Below, in pieces: positions 11,326 through 23,221 of a DNA stretch of 42,412 nucleotides. The stretch lies in the NCBI GenBank assembly GCA_032718475.1, contig JAUCBJ010001017.1, forward strand, positions 1-42,412. The letters run 5' to 3'. The stretch is from Nemertoderma westbladi. Its lineage: Eukaryota > Animalia > Xenacoelomorpha. The notes under the pieces are model-generated. The model had not been told where the DNA came from, ran no database searches, and was given only the letters and a program-made list of their open reading frames with translations. The first letter of the stretch is position 1, and each line of letters begins with the position of its first letter. Made by a program: the position numbers and the translations under genes.

Positions 11326-12271
11326 ATGATAAAAAAAAGTAAAAATTGGGCACCAAGGCCGACCAGAATTCCGTAAAAAACGGCGTATAATTTTTGGACT
11401 TATTGTATTTGTGTTGGTGGCGATTGCAGCTGGTGTAACAGGGTGGCTTCTGGGAAATCCTAACAAGGAGAATAGATTGGGGATACCAACATCGACAGTC
11501 CCAAATACTACCGGCAATGGAACTACTGGTTGGGAAGGCAACACTGGGAGTACAACTACTGGGAGTACAACTAGTACTGAGTTATCCACCTCCGAGAGTA
11601 CAGCTAGTACTGAGTTATCCACCACCGACACTACTGTCTCTACAACAATCACTTCAACAACAACCTCCATTGAGGATGTCTTTTATCGACGTTTTATCGA
11701 ATGCAATGAGGTAGATTGTGATCCCTACGCTCATTCTAATATGTGCGATAAAGCTATACAATCCGAGACCCAATATACCGTCGATGGAGCTGCTCCCATT
11801 GAGTATCTATCCACCTCAAAAAAGCAACTCAGATGCGACGGAGGCTGGATTATATTCTACAGTCGCATCAACAACGACATTAACGTCTGGTATGAAGGTA
11901 GTCCTAATTACTACGGAGGATTCGGAGATCCCAACGGATCTTACTTCCTTGGAGCGTGGAATATCTATCAGCTGACATACGGGAAGGATTGTTACGGAAA
12001 GGTCGACTTGGGTAACTGGACGAGAATTTACAGCGACTTTACTGTGGGGGGTAGTTATAAGCTAAAGGTAGCAAATTATACCAATCCACGTACTGTTGGG
12101 ACCGCTGCTACCGGTGTATTGGATAATGGAAAATACGATCTAACGGACCTGGATAACAAGAAGTTTAACTTCAGTAATGGATGGTGGAGTGGTGGAACTC
12201 ATCCAAATGAATGGGAACCGCTGAATAAAACATTAGAGATGAAACTTAAATGCAAGCCGAAACGAACCTAA
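11326..12271 (+). CDS. Type II membrane fibrinogen-related protein (FReD) with Ser/Thr-rich stalk; start uncertain
   Basis: The frame is open from 11333: RKKRR, a hydrophobic IIFGLIVFVLVAIAAGVTGWLL helix, a Thr/Ser stalk, then FReD motifs CDGGWIIFYSR, YYGGFGDPNGSYFLG, IYQLT, KVDL, YSDFTVG, YKLKV, GWW, EMK. The nearest ATG (11326) is one base out of frame across an A8 run. Confidence 0.8.
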
Positions 12272-12785
12272 AGAGTTCAAGTTCCAGAAATAAACAAACT
12301 GTACCGTAGCCCGTAGCAGTAGGTGTTTCTGTAACAAACCAATATAATATTCTCTAATAGTAAGCAACAATAATAGAAACAGAAATAGTTCGACCAACAT
12401 GTTTTAATAATATCCTCTGAGTTACAATAAACAAATGAACGGCAACGGCATTTTTTACTTTTTTTTTAATTTATCTTAATTAAGTGTTTCATATCGTTTA
12501 TTTCTGTCTTGTATATATACTAATTCGTTTATTGTTTTGGTTAGATTCGGCCCTTTTGTAACCTGTGTTTTTGGACCTTGTTTGCAACTGGTCAAATGTG
12601 CATAGCAACGAATATGCATAGCAACGAATGTGCATAGCAACAAGTTAATAATGGTCACAGAAACTTCGAACTAATGCCTGCACCCAATATATTGATAATG
12701 TCGAACAATATACAGTAATTTTCAAAACAATGTTATTGTTATGTTATGTTATGATGCTTGTTGATTGTCCTGATTCCGGAAGCCA

Positions 12786-13028
12786 CTACTACTACTATAA
12801 TTGACCTGCTGCATTGAAGCTGTACATTGAGATGCTATGCATATGCAGGCTTAACAGGCTTAAAAAATAAAATATTTTACCACCACTACGCAATCCACAA
12901 TTGGCATGACCAATGCAGCATGCATTAAGAATGTTATGCTGGCTTATCAACAAAATTTCAGCTTTGCTCAAGTGTCAAGAGCGGCTTTGTTCAAGATTGG
13001 GGGGAACTAATGAACACCTGGAATGTTT
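12786..13028 (-). mobile_element. Degraded RTE-derived relic(s)
   Basis: A (TAG)n-type tail lies on the minus strand at 12786-12797. tatgctggcttatcaacaaaatt and ttggggggaactaatgaacacc match the RTE piece at ~16845-16870 and ~17087-17110. Confidence 0.5.
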
Positions 13029-13929
13029 ATTGCACTTGACCTAAATCGGATCAGGTATTCTAGGTCATTGATCAAGAAAACTTGCCCCCTCCATGCAGCA
13101 TAATGGAGGTGCCACATGTGGCTGCATAGACCCTCTTACTAAGGGCAAATCTGGTCCTGTAACCACGACCCTCTTCGTTCTGGGATAGGGACGCCTTATT
13201 TGTCGTTTTTGTGCAATTCGCGAACTACTCTAAAAAGGCCAGCATTATTTCAAATTATTGAAGAATGTACATATAGACTTATGCCCTCTAGTGTCTGTTT
13301 TGCTACAGAGCTATAATCATGAAATTAGCCAGCTGTTTCTTTATGCATAGAGCCTATGTTATATTTCGGCAAATCAGCACGATTTTCGTTTTACTGGCCT
13401 TGTTCACATATGTAGATGTCGCAATACGGCAAATCCTTCATTCTGACATTCTAAATTTGCCCGAGACCATATACCTATATATGACCTTATATGAGTAGTA
13501 ACAGTCGGCAAATTAACGTGTTTCAGTACTATAAACCGTGATGTTCCATAACCCTCCGTTGTAATTAGTATAAGTCATAACTCTGTGTGGTATTTAGAGC
13601 ACAGCATCTAGAGGAACTGCTGGTATTGCCCTGAAAATAAACATAGTTTTTGGAGATTATATAGTAGAGATCAATCGAATAATACAAAGTAGCCGACCCA
13701 CTCTCGGCCATAGAACTCAGTCTCCCACACACGGTGGGTCATAAGCCGTTCTAGACTGGCTTCTACTGTGGTCATATTTTGTGCGGGCTGTCAGACAACA
13801 TAATACACGTAAATTAACAGGTTAAACTGTTAAAGGTCTAAAAGCGCGAACAATAATATATTTTTAACCGGTAACACTCTAGCTAAGAACATTATTCCAT
13901 TTTTTATTTTTATTGTTCCACAGGGACAA

Positions 13930-16620
13930 TAAAACCTTACTGTACTGGTCAGGCGGTAAATGTAGGCCAAGCGGTACTCTTCCAGTGGTTCTGTATAGCA
14001 ATATTAATTCGATTGTGACATATTTATATACAGTAGGCTGTTGGGGAGATTTGGGATTGATCACCCCTTATTTCTTTTATGGTTTACATATTTCTGTCAG
14101 CTTTGTTTATCTGCAAGTGTAGTATTGAGCAGGTGTGTAATCCTGCTCAGATTGTAGAAGTAACTCGTAGGCTGAATTGTTGTCTGATTGTTGTTGGGTT
14201 TGAGGTGAATTGCAGTGTTGTGGGTTAATTGTCCATTGAATGCTTGTTAGGAAATGGGGGCTTCCCTGTTGTAAGGTAATTCCTCCTCCACTAAAGAATA
14301 AGTCGTACCACGTAGTCTGGAACGCGTACTAACTAATAATTTCGGAAACTTCATCTAATGTAGTTTATTTTGGATTTAGCAGTAGTCTGTCAGCATTTTG
14401 GCTTGTGTTTTATTTAAATAATCTGTACGGGTAGCGTAATATTTATTATTCAGAGTTTATGCAAGTAATGTACAACATTCATGTCCCTAAGTTTATTCCT
14501 ACAGTAATTGTGCTAGTTGTACATACCGTAATAGTTAAATTAACCCCAGTACTACTTCAGGACTGCTTGGCATAGGTCGACCGGTGATTTCTTTAGCATC
14601 GGATGAATAAGACTAAATACTCTGGTCAATCCGGCAGATGTTGAGTTTCTTTTAGCTGTTCAAGTATATTTAACTGCGAGTTATATGTTGTACAAGTGTT
14701 AGTATCTAATCTAGGGTTTAGAGTACAGCACTTTCCTGAAATGGAATTTAGTGTGTACGCAGTATTTTTGTGTTGTAAAGAGGTTAATACTGTAGGTCCG
14801 TTAGCGTAGGCTATGATAAGTAACTTCTAGGTATAGGACACTCCGGGTACGTTTGTTTATAGTGTAGACTATAAGCCATCAGACGGTGGTATTTCCTTAT
14901 CTAGACAACGCGAATTATTGAATGCTACTTTATTAAATTCAAAATTCCGTAGTAAACCCCCGTAAGAATCAGAAATTCGAAGTTCTGGTTAGTAACAATC
15001 CTGTAAAATTACCCTTAAAATTGTTCGTGTAACTTTTGTTTATTGTTTATTTGGAGATTGTGTAATCTCAACTCGTTGTATATACTTAAGTAATTTAGTA
15101 GTGATAAGTAATTTAGTCAGTAGAAAATATTTGTATTTAGCGTCTAATAACTCTAGGGTATATATATCGTAAATCGTAATATTATCAATTCAATTTAATC
15201 AGATTTATAAGCTCGTAGTCCTGTTATATACCCATTAGGTCATTAGATCATCAGAGGTAAAATGCTTGAAATCCTAAGAGCTTATAGAATACCAGAAATA
15301 ATTGTTGCTGGCATTGGATTGTTATATTGTGATACAGAAGCGCAGGTACTCTCACCAGATGGTGAAACTGAGTTTTTCTCAATCCTGGCTGGTGTACTGC
15401 AAGGTGACACATTAGCACCATTACTATTTGTAATTGTGCTGGATTACGCAATTAGACCGGCCACAAAGGGTGAAGATCTGGGATTCACACTTCAAGAACG
15501 CAGAAGTTGTAGATATCCGGCAACTACAGTCACAGACACCGACTTTGCGGATGACATCGCCCTGCTCTCTAATACGCTAGCAGATGCACAGCTTCTACTA
15601 TATAAAGTGGAGAGGGCTGCTAAGGAGGTTGGATTGCATATAAATGCTACCAAGACCGAATTCACGACCTTCAATGTTGATGGAAACTTGACAACCATTG
15701 ATAATAATCAACTAAGGAAGGTCGACGACTTCCAGTACCTTGGATCATGGATAGAGAGTATCAAAAAGGACATAGAAGTTAGGAAAGCAAAGGCTTGGGT
15801 AGCTCTATCAAAAATGGATACCATCTAGAAATCAGATCTCTCCAGGCACCTGAAGACTAAGTTCTTTCAAGCCACAGTGGAAAGTGTATTTTTATACGGG
15901 GGTGAGACCGGGACACTGACTAAATCACTTGAACAACAAATTGATGGTTGCTACACAAGACTACTAAGGGCAGCCCTAAACATCAACTGGAGACAACAAC
16001 ACATGACAAACGCCGAGCTTTATGGTACAATACCACCTGTATCAACCACCCTCCGTGAATGCAGATTAAGATTTAGTGGGCACTGCTGGCGAAGTAAAGA
16101 CGAGGTCATACCAGATCTACTTTTCTGGCAACCAACTCATGGAAAGCGTAGTCGTGGATGACCAGCCATGACATATATAGATCAACTTGAAAGGGATACT
16201 GAACTTGGGAGAAAAGAAATTGCGACAACTATGGAGAATCGGGAAGCCTGGAAGGATCTCATTTCCACTGTCCAAGTTCGCTCGACCTAGTAGTAGTAGT
16301 AGTAGTCATTATAATGCTGAGCCTATTGCTTAACTTCAGCAATATAGAAAAGGAAATAATTCCTATAATCTGATGTAATCAGTCATCATTTAATTATTGG
16401 TAATACCGGTATCTACAGTAAGCTTATTATAAATTTATATAATTTAGGCTGGACACATACTGACATATACCGGTACTCAGTGATTAATATCGGTCTGCTG
16501 TAATACTGTTATATTTACTATATATAGTGTATACCGGTATTTAATAATTGTTATCTAACTATATCATATAGAGTAGCAATATTTAGTAACTATAGGACTG
16601 ACAGTTGATACTGATTAATA
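13930..16620. repeat. Unclassified ~2-kb interspersed repeat, copy 2 (inverted relative to copy 1, interrupted by an RTE)
   Basis: Homology to 1-1960 is present on both sides of the RTE insertion (ccattaggtc at ~15232 is the reverse complement of gacctaatgg at ~303). Confidence 0.8.
15246..16305 (+). mobile_element. 5'-truncated RTE-clade LINE (RT pseudogene)
   Basis: RT motifs GVLQGDTLAPLLF, DFADDIALL, FQYLGS, LYGGETGTL, LRFSGHCWR lie in one frame with premature stops at 15826 and 16159. The terminal TAG (16288) begins a (TAG)6 tail. TSD gtcatta at 15239-15245 and 16305-16311. Confidence 0.93.
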
Positions 16621-16702
16621 TTAGACTTACTGTTAACTGTTGTGATAGTAATAGGCATATAGCTGCGATCTTAAATTATGTCTGATCCTAAACATATACA
16701 AT

Positions 16703-17570
16703 ACACCATGTCCCAGAATATAGTGTTATAATTCAGTGACACGGCCCCCCTAATTTTTCTACAAATCTTAATAAGATTGCATGAAATTTGAAACAGAGAT
16801 AGTTTCTGGGATCGGCATGCTGCATTGCAGCTGCATTTTTAAGTATGCTGTGCCGGCTTATCGACAAAATTGCACCGCCATAACTCCCTATCACCCATGA
16901 CATTTGCTAGATCATCCGCATCTTCAAGGCCAGTGTCCTTTAAGATGCGTCTCAAGAAAGTCATGGGCTGTCCACCATGCTTATTCACTCCATGAGGCTG
17001 CCAAAGTACAAGATTATGCACTGGCTGGTCCTCACGGCGAAAGCAATGTCCTGCAAAGCGGAGGCGATTTTGTTCTAGTGTCAAGCTTGGGGGAACCAAT
17101 GAGACACCTCCAATGTTATATAGTGTCTGGTTGGAGATGTGTGCATTGAACTTGACACAATGAACCCGGCGTAGCATTCTTGTGATTCTTGGTGTCCTCA
17201 GCAGTTAGAGATAGTTTCAACTCCCAACCACTGACTGGGTGAGCCAGAATTTCTATTTTTGCTTTCGATCTTTAGCTACAAGAGTTTAAAAAAAGTGTCT
17301 CCGGCAATATTACAACAATCCCACCGCAGTTATTCTTCTACCTTATAGCTGTTTGTTGGTACCAATGGAAAGCTGGCCCTGCAAGGATTCAAAATATGTA
17401 ACACAATTTGAATTTCATTGAAAAATAGCTGAGTTATGGGCGATCAAATATTGCATGGTTTGGCAGCTGCGCGAGGCTATTTTATTCTATTTAATAAATG
17501 CATCATAATCTGGAATCTGTTTATTGTACTTGACCTAAATCGGGTCAGGTATTCTAGGTCATTGATCATT
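16703..17570. mobile_element. Non-autonomous DNA-transposon-like repeat interrupted by an RTE fragment
   Basis: It is homologous to 23640-23930 (aaatcttaat.agattgcatgaaatttgaaacagagatagtttc ... gcgagg.tattttattctatttaataaat) and to 13020-13074. The left end ta|caccatgtcccagaa resembles Tc1/mariner MITE ends. Confidence 0.6.
16807..17206 (-). mobile_element. RTE-clade LINE 3' fragment (second family) with 12-bp TSD
   Basis: The minus-strand ORF has HISNQTLY, RLRFAGHCFRRE and LVLWQP (RTE C-terminus). agagatagtttc is duplicated at 16795-16806 and 17207-17218, and is single in the empty copy at ~23684. Confidence 0.9.
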
Positions 17571-18860
17571 GTATCATTGATCATTGATCAATTGTATATA
17601 TCAATCGTATTTAATAGATACGGCATTAAATTAGTTATTTAATAAATTAAATTTTAAGAAAGTAGAAATAGTAGTTAGAGACAATTTATGTTTAGTAATA
17701 TTATAATTTGGTAACATTTTTTATTATTTTCTATAAGGAAGGTGCATTTCCTTGGTGCGTATAAGCTATTTAAAAAATTGGTTTCAAAGATTTGTTTATG
17801 TGTTTGAAAGGGAGTGGTGGGTGTGTGGGGGCGGGGGTCGTGTGGTGGGTAACACATTTTTAGCATATTTTTTCCTTTTCTTAAGTTTCACAATAACACC
17901 CAGTCAATATATCATGATGTCTCACTAAACCGTGATGTTATTTGTTGTGTCTCCCCCTCCCCTCTTGTGTTGAGCTGATAAGTAGACAGCAACGATTATG
18001 AAACATTATGTACCCTTTAGACGCTGTGGTAAGGAAGGGGTCACGATTTAGGATTTATAATTGCGATATATTACATATATACACAATTAACAGTAATTCG
18101 ATGACACGCAATGTTTTATTCTTATTTTGTGTTTTGGCTTTTATTTTATTAACATTTAAATTTAGTTTTGAATTGTTCCCCATATGCAAATATAGTTGTT
18201 ATAACAACTAAATTTAATTTGTGTATTAATTAAATACGTATATAGTAAATACGTACTTATGTACTACAACGTTTTATTTATTTCAGTAGGTACAGTACTA
18301 CTACGGTATACATTATTACGATCAACCAATAACAGTCAACTTTGACAATAAGAATAATAATAACTAATATATGTCTACTCAAAAACGTGTTATATATTTC
18401 TTCTTTTTCAATAAATTTGTGCCTATTATTGTTTGTCCTATTATGCTTACTAAAATAAAGTTCAATGCAAACCAATTTATTTTATTAATATATCCAATGA
18501 CATCATTATAAGGGTGATCGGATGAATGGTTGAACACTGATTTTGCCAACCGTTTGTGATTGGCTGTTATCGAATTTGAAGGAGCAATGATGACGTTTCT
18601 GGAATCATCCAGCGAGTTAGTTTCACTTTCTCTTAAGGCAAGAAATTAGTAAAGTTTCTACATTTTAAAAGCAACGAAGTTATAAAATAAATACACCGAA
18701 GGAAAATGAATATTAATACCGAGTTAAATTTTAGCTTCGAAATACCAGAGGTGAAATCCTCCTCTCCATACAAGGTAATAATAGATCCCAATAACTGCGC
18801 AGCTATATAATTATTGCGGCATATTGCGGTAGGCCTAACATGTCTATCATGTCTAGGTAG

Positions 18861-19382
18861 GCATATACCGTGACCGTCGGTGGAGCTGCTCCCATTCTGA
18901 TACTATATACCGACGGCAGTCAACTAAGATGCGATGGAGGTTGGCTCATATTTTATAGACGCATCGCCAACAGTAAGATGGACTTTTGGAGTGATAAAAC
19001 TGAAGAACAATACGGAAGGGGATTCTGAGACCCCAAGGGATCTTACTTTCTAGGCGCTATTAATATCTACCAGCTGACACTCGAGAACTACTGTTTCCTG
19101 AAGGTCGACTTCGGTAATTCGACGATAACCTACGACAACTTTGCTGTGGCATGGGATAATCCTTATAGGCTAAAGATGTCAAATTATACCCATTCACGTA
19201 CTACTACCGGAGTATTTGCTGGAGGAACCTACGATCTCTCGAGCCTGAATAACATGGAGTTTAAGGGGAAATGGTGGACTACCGGTGGAAATCCTAAAGG
19301 GAAATGGTGGGCTGGATGGAAACCTGTGAAAGATATATTAGATATGAAACTGAAATGTGTAAAGAAACAAACTATACTGTAG
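18861..19382 (+). pseudogene. FReD paralogue with one in-frame stop
   Basis: YTVTVGGAAPI...QLRCDGGWLIFYRR...YGRGF*DPKGSYFLGAINIYQLT...LDMKLKC aligns with 11774-12260. TGA at 19026-19028 replaces the Gly of GFG. No TM or stalk lies directly upstream. Confidence 0.85.
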
Positions 19383-19904
19383 GCCGTAGTATTAGAAAAC
19401 GTATTGGGTTTGTGTAACAATCCAAATTAATATACAACAAAACCTGTAATAATAAGCAACAGTAAAAGAACCGGTCAACCGGTTCACAACCTTATTTTGC
19501 CTACTGAATATTATGCCCTCCCCCCCCCCCCCCCCCCCCCCCCACTCCTCCCTAAAATTCCGCTAGTGTATTATGACCCCTGGGACGAAATACGCAAGCA
19601 AAATAGTCCTAGAGAGGCGGATTTTCTCTAACCAAAACAATAAACAATATTGTTACCAATTGAGGAAAAGAACACAAACAGCAGAGCAGCGGGGAAGTAA
19701 AGATATAGGGGACCAATACTGCGAGCAACGGACAATATCTGCTAACCCTCTGATAATTATAGTAGGCCTATACAAGCGGCTCTATTGAAATAATAGTTAA
19801 CAAGAAGTATAAGTTTTTTTCAGAATCATATTCTCAATAATTTTAGAAAAGATCGTATTTTGTTTATTTGTATGGAATTAATTTCGCACTATCAAATCGC
19901 CAGG

Positions 19905-20510
19905 GCGACATATTTTCTAACTTTACATCGCAGTGCGACATATTTTCTAACTTTACATCGCAGTGCGACATATTTTCTAACTTTACATCGCAGTGCGACA
20001 TATTTTCTAACTTTACATCACAGTGCGACATATTTTCTAACTTTACATCGCAGTGCGACATATTTTCTAACTTTACATCGCAGTGCGACATATTTTCTAA
20101 ATTTACATTGCAGTGCGACATATTTTCTAACTTTACATCGCAGTGCGACATATTTTCTAACTTTACATCGCAGTGCGACATATTTTCTAAATTTACATCG
20201 CAGTGCGACATATTTTCTAACTTTACATCGCAGTGCGACATATTTTCTAACTTTACATCGCAGTGCGACATTTTTCTAACTTTACATCGCAGTGCGACAT
20301 ATTTTCTACATTTACATCGCAGTGCGACATATTTTCTAACTTTACATCGCAGTTCGACATATTTTCTAACTTTACATCGCAGTGCGACATATTTTCTAAC
20401 TTTACATCGCAGTGCGACATATTTTCTAACTTTACATCGCAGTGCGACATATTTTCTAACTTTACATCGCAGTGCGACATATTTTCTAACTTTACATCGC
20501 AGTGCGACAT
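19905..20510. repeat. Tandem minisatellite, 20 x 30 bp (gcgacatattttctaactttacatcgcagt)
   Basis: Head-to-tail units with no spacers, few substitutions and one 1-bp deletion near 20271. The junction forms the palindrome tcgca-g-tgcga. Confidence 0.97.
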
Positions 20511-20731
20511 TACTTCTCAGTATGTCCCTGTCCCTACGACATACATTCTATGTATTTCCAGTATCCAGTATGTCACCACGTCATTATTTGGTTGTTCTAG
20601 AAAGTTTAAGTGCATAACTACAAATAATTCCCCACAAATAAATAAAATTAGATTCGCCATTGTTCATAATTAGCACTTTATAGCTTTTGTTACATTATGT
20701 AAACTTAACAGCGTTCTGGTGAATTACTCCT

Positions 20732-20760
20732 AACGCTGCAAAGTACTACTTTGCAGCGTT
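20732..20760. repeat. Perfect 14-bp-arm palindrome
   Basis: aacgctgcaaagta-c-tactttgcagcgtt; a half-site gctgcaaagtact recurs at ~20780. Confidence 0.8.
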
Positions 20761-21464
20761 GCGGCCTATAGGTCGGAAAGCTGCAAAGTACTCCATACCA
20801 TAATTTCCATTTATGTTAATGAGTGCTGCTTTATTATCCAGTTTGCAGTGACGGGACTAGGTACTGTATGTAAATAATTGTTTAACGCGTAAGACTGTAT
20901 CCCATACCTCCTATAGAGAACATTTTAGAGAAAAGGAGCAAAGAAAATATGGCAACCGTGTTCAGTAAAACTGAACGGACACAGACGGTGACTCAGTGGA
21001 CGACGGATCAAAGATTTATCATTCCATGCAGGAGATAACAACAATAAATTTTAATTTGATATAAATGTAATAGTACCGGTACCTGTTAAATGTTCACTAA
21101 TATTCGAAATAGTACATATGATTAAAATGTTCAAAAGAGCATCCATAAAATCCTTTCGTCACATACCGAACGCTGATAAGTTGACATAATGTAACAGAAT
21201 TACATACTGTACATACATCATTGCTTGCAAAGGTCACTTTTCAGTGTTAATTTATGTTTGTAATATTTATTTATGTAAACTACGCTGAAGTTAACCACAT
21301 TCGTGGGCCAACTAAGGTAGCTCCCCAATAACAATCTGACCAGCCATTGGTGACCAAGATTGCTAATTCTAAGGTTAAAGATGGTCAGAAAGAAACTTTG
21401 CAATTAGTGTTGGAGGCCCTCACAACACTAAACACTGACGGGACTACTGACAATAAACTCACCA

Positions 21465-21660
21465 CCGTGTGTCACAAGAGTCACTACTGAACATAGGATT
21501 TCCAACTGTCCTGCCTTTAGGAAATTTACTGTGATTGACAGATGGGCATATGCAGCTACAAATAGCTTTGTTACCATTGCTTAAGTGCAAATCATATGCG
21601 CAAAATGTGCCGTTCTGAGGGAAGGTGTGTAAGAAATCCCATCACACTGTTTTGCACTCC
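21465..21660 (+). mobile_element. BEL/Pao LTR-retrotransposon gag relic
   Basis: Frameshifted translation gives H.ISNCPAFRKFTVIDRW...LCYHCLSANHMRKMCRSEGRC..CKKSHHTVLH, matching the triple Cys-His knuckle of BEL/Pao Gag. It may extend further on both sides. Confidence 0.75.
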
Positions 21661-22375
21661 GAAACTGAACGAGCACAAGTACATCACTCAACAATGACAG
21701 CTGAGGAAATCTCGACCAACAACTTACTACCAAACAGCACATACGCTTCAGATGAGTATGAAGAGGTTGACCAGGTATATATTCTTCCAGACTCGCAGGC
21801 TTTCTGACTAGTCAGCACCAGACGCACGAATTCCGAGAAAACCCCACCGAACTACCCAGCCGAAAATGGGGAAAGTGGCTTTTTACCAATTATAGTTGGC
21901 TTGGTGACCTTAGCAATATAATGTCACCTAACAACCAACGAAGGCAATATACACGCCAGCCACAGGGAGAGATGCCAGCGCACAGCAAGCTCATCTCAGG
22001 GTAGAAGCTAGCATAGGAACAGGGGGAGGTAGATTTGGCCAAGGGGATAGATCGACCAATGGAGGAACAGCATGTGTCCAATTACGGCGCATCCACAGGT
22101 TAGCCAAACCTAGGTAGTTAATGTGTCCCATGTAATATATAACTGTTACTCTGTCAATTGTACTTTAGTTGCTATATTGGGTGAGCAGAAGTCGGACGGT
22201 TTTCAACCGTCGTCGTTGTCTGCTGTCATTGTGTTAGTGATTGTGCTATACTACCGGTACTTGTATACTTATCAGAGATTAACAATATTAACACCGAACT
22301 CAGTTTATTATACCGGCCTTCGGCCTTTCAGTTCTCTAAAAGAGTAAATTATTTAGTTGCGGAATAATATGATTC

Positions 22376-22860
22376 AACTAGAAAAGCCAGCCAGCTGGCT
22401 GTAAGGAGACCGTCCATATAGACAAACGTAGTGTTAGTTGGGTCCCTCCTCATTCATTATCATCAACCTATAAACCATTTAAACGGCCCAGTGCTTACAA
22501 TTCAATCTGCTGGCCTCCCACCTAACATAGCAGTGAATAGTAACCTTATAGATATTCCCATAGGATTCACTGGGAAGAGCTATTCAGCTGTTGGGGTAAT
22601 ACATTATACAAACTAACAGTTGATGTTTGATTACTGTCTGGGATAGAGTGAGAGAGTAATAAATTTAGCAAGTAATATACTTCTGTGCAGTTTGGGCCTA
22701 TCCATTCAAAAATTGTAGTAGCTTACTAGGACCTCGTGAGTACCAGCAGCTGGTGTTTTTATCGTTGAGTTGATGGCAATTTTCGTGTTTTCATTTTCGC
22801 TCACTCATGGTACTGGTTTGAGGGGCAGGTTCGTTAAAGCCAGCTTGCTGGCTTTCTAGT
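22376..22860. mobile_element. MITE-like element with ~24-bp TIRs, copy B
   Basis: Same termini and body as 9556-9997, with ~40 extra bases near 22470-22512. Confidence 0.85.
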
Positions 22861-23221
22861 GTCAAAAGAGTGATAATAATGTCATTGATTGTTTAAGGAG
22901 GGAGTTAAAATAATGTTCTACTTTAAAATAAAAACTTATTCTAGGTCACACTTTGCTTATTCTAGAACGTTTTTTTTTTTTAATATTCTTTATATGATCT
23001 AAAATTGCCTAGAACACAAAATATTTTGAAGAACTTCTTATTTATAATACAAACAAAAAAATAATAGCTATTATAACAAATAATACCTATACATTTATAC
23101 ATTCAAACTCTAGCTAGTTATCATTAAAATATATTCTTGCTAAAGTATTGTTGAAGAATTTATTGGTCTGAGATATTCTGCAAAGTGCGGTAAGCACTGT
23201 ACCGGTAAAAATAGGTTAACA

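Noticed and set aside
19518-19543. Poly-C tracts and G-rich patches (also ~23620, ~17810-17850) as regulatory G-quadruplexes
   Set aside because: Simple low-complexity runs with no supporting context.
19905-20510. CRISPR array (30-bp repeats with a palindrome)
   Set aside because: Units are head-to-tail with no unique spacers, there are no cas genes, and the context is eukaryotic.
19860-20673. Repetitive ORFs (SATYFLTLHR, MSHCDVKLEN, QCDIFSNFTS)
   Set aside because: These are by-products of a stop-free 30-bp unit. They are open in several frames and broken by a 1-bp deletion.
22100-22345. LTR belonging to the BEL/Pao relic
   Set aside because: No second copy, PBS or clear polypurine tract was found.
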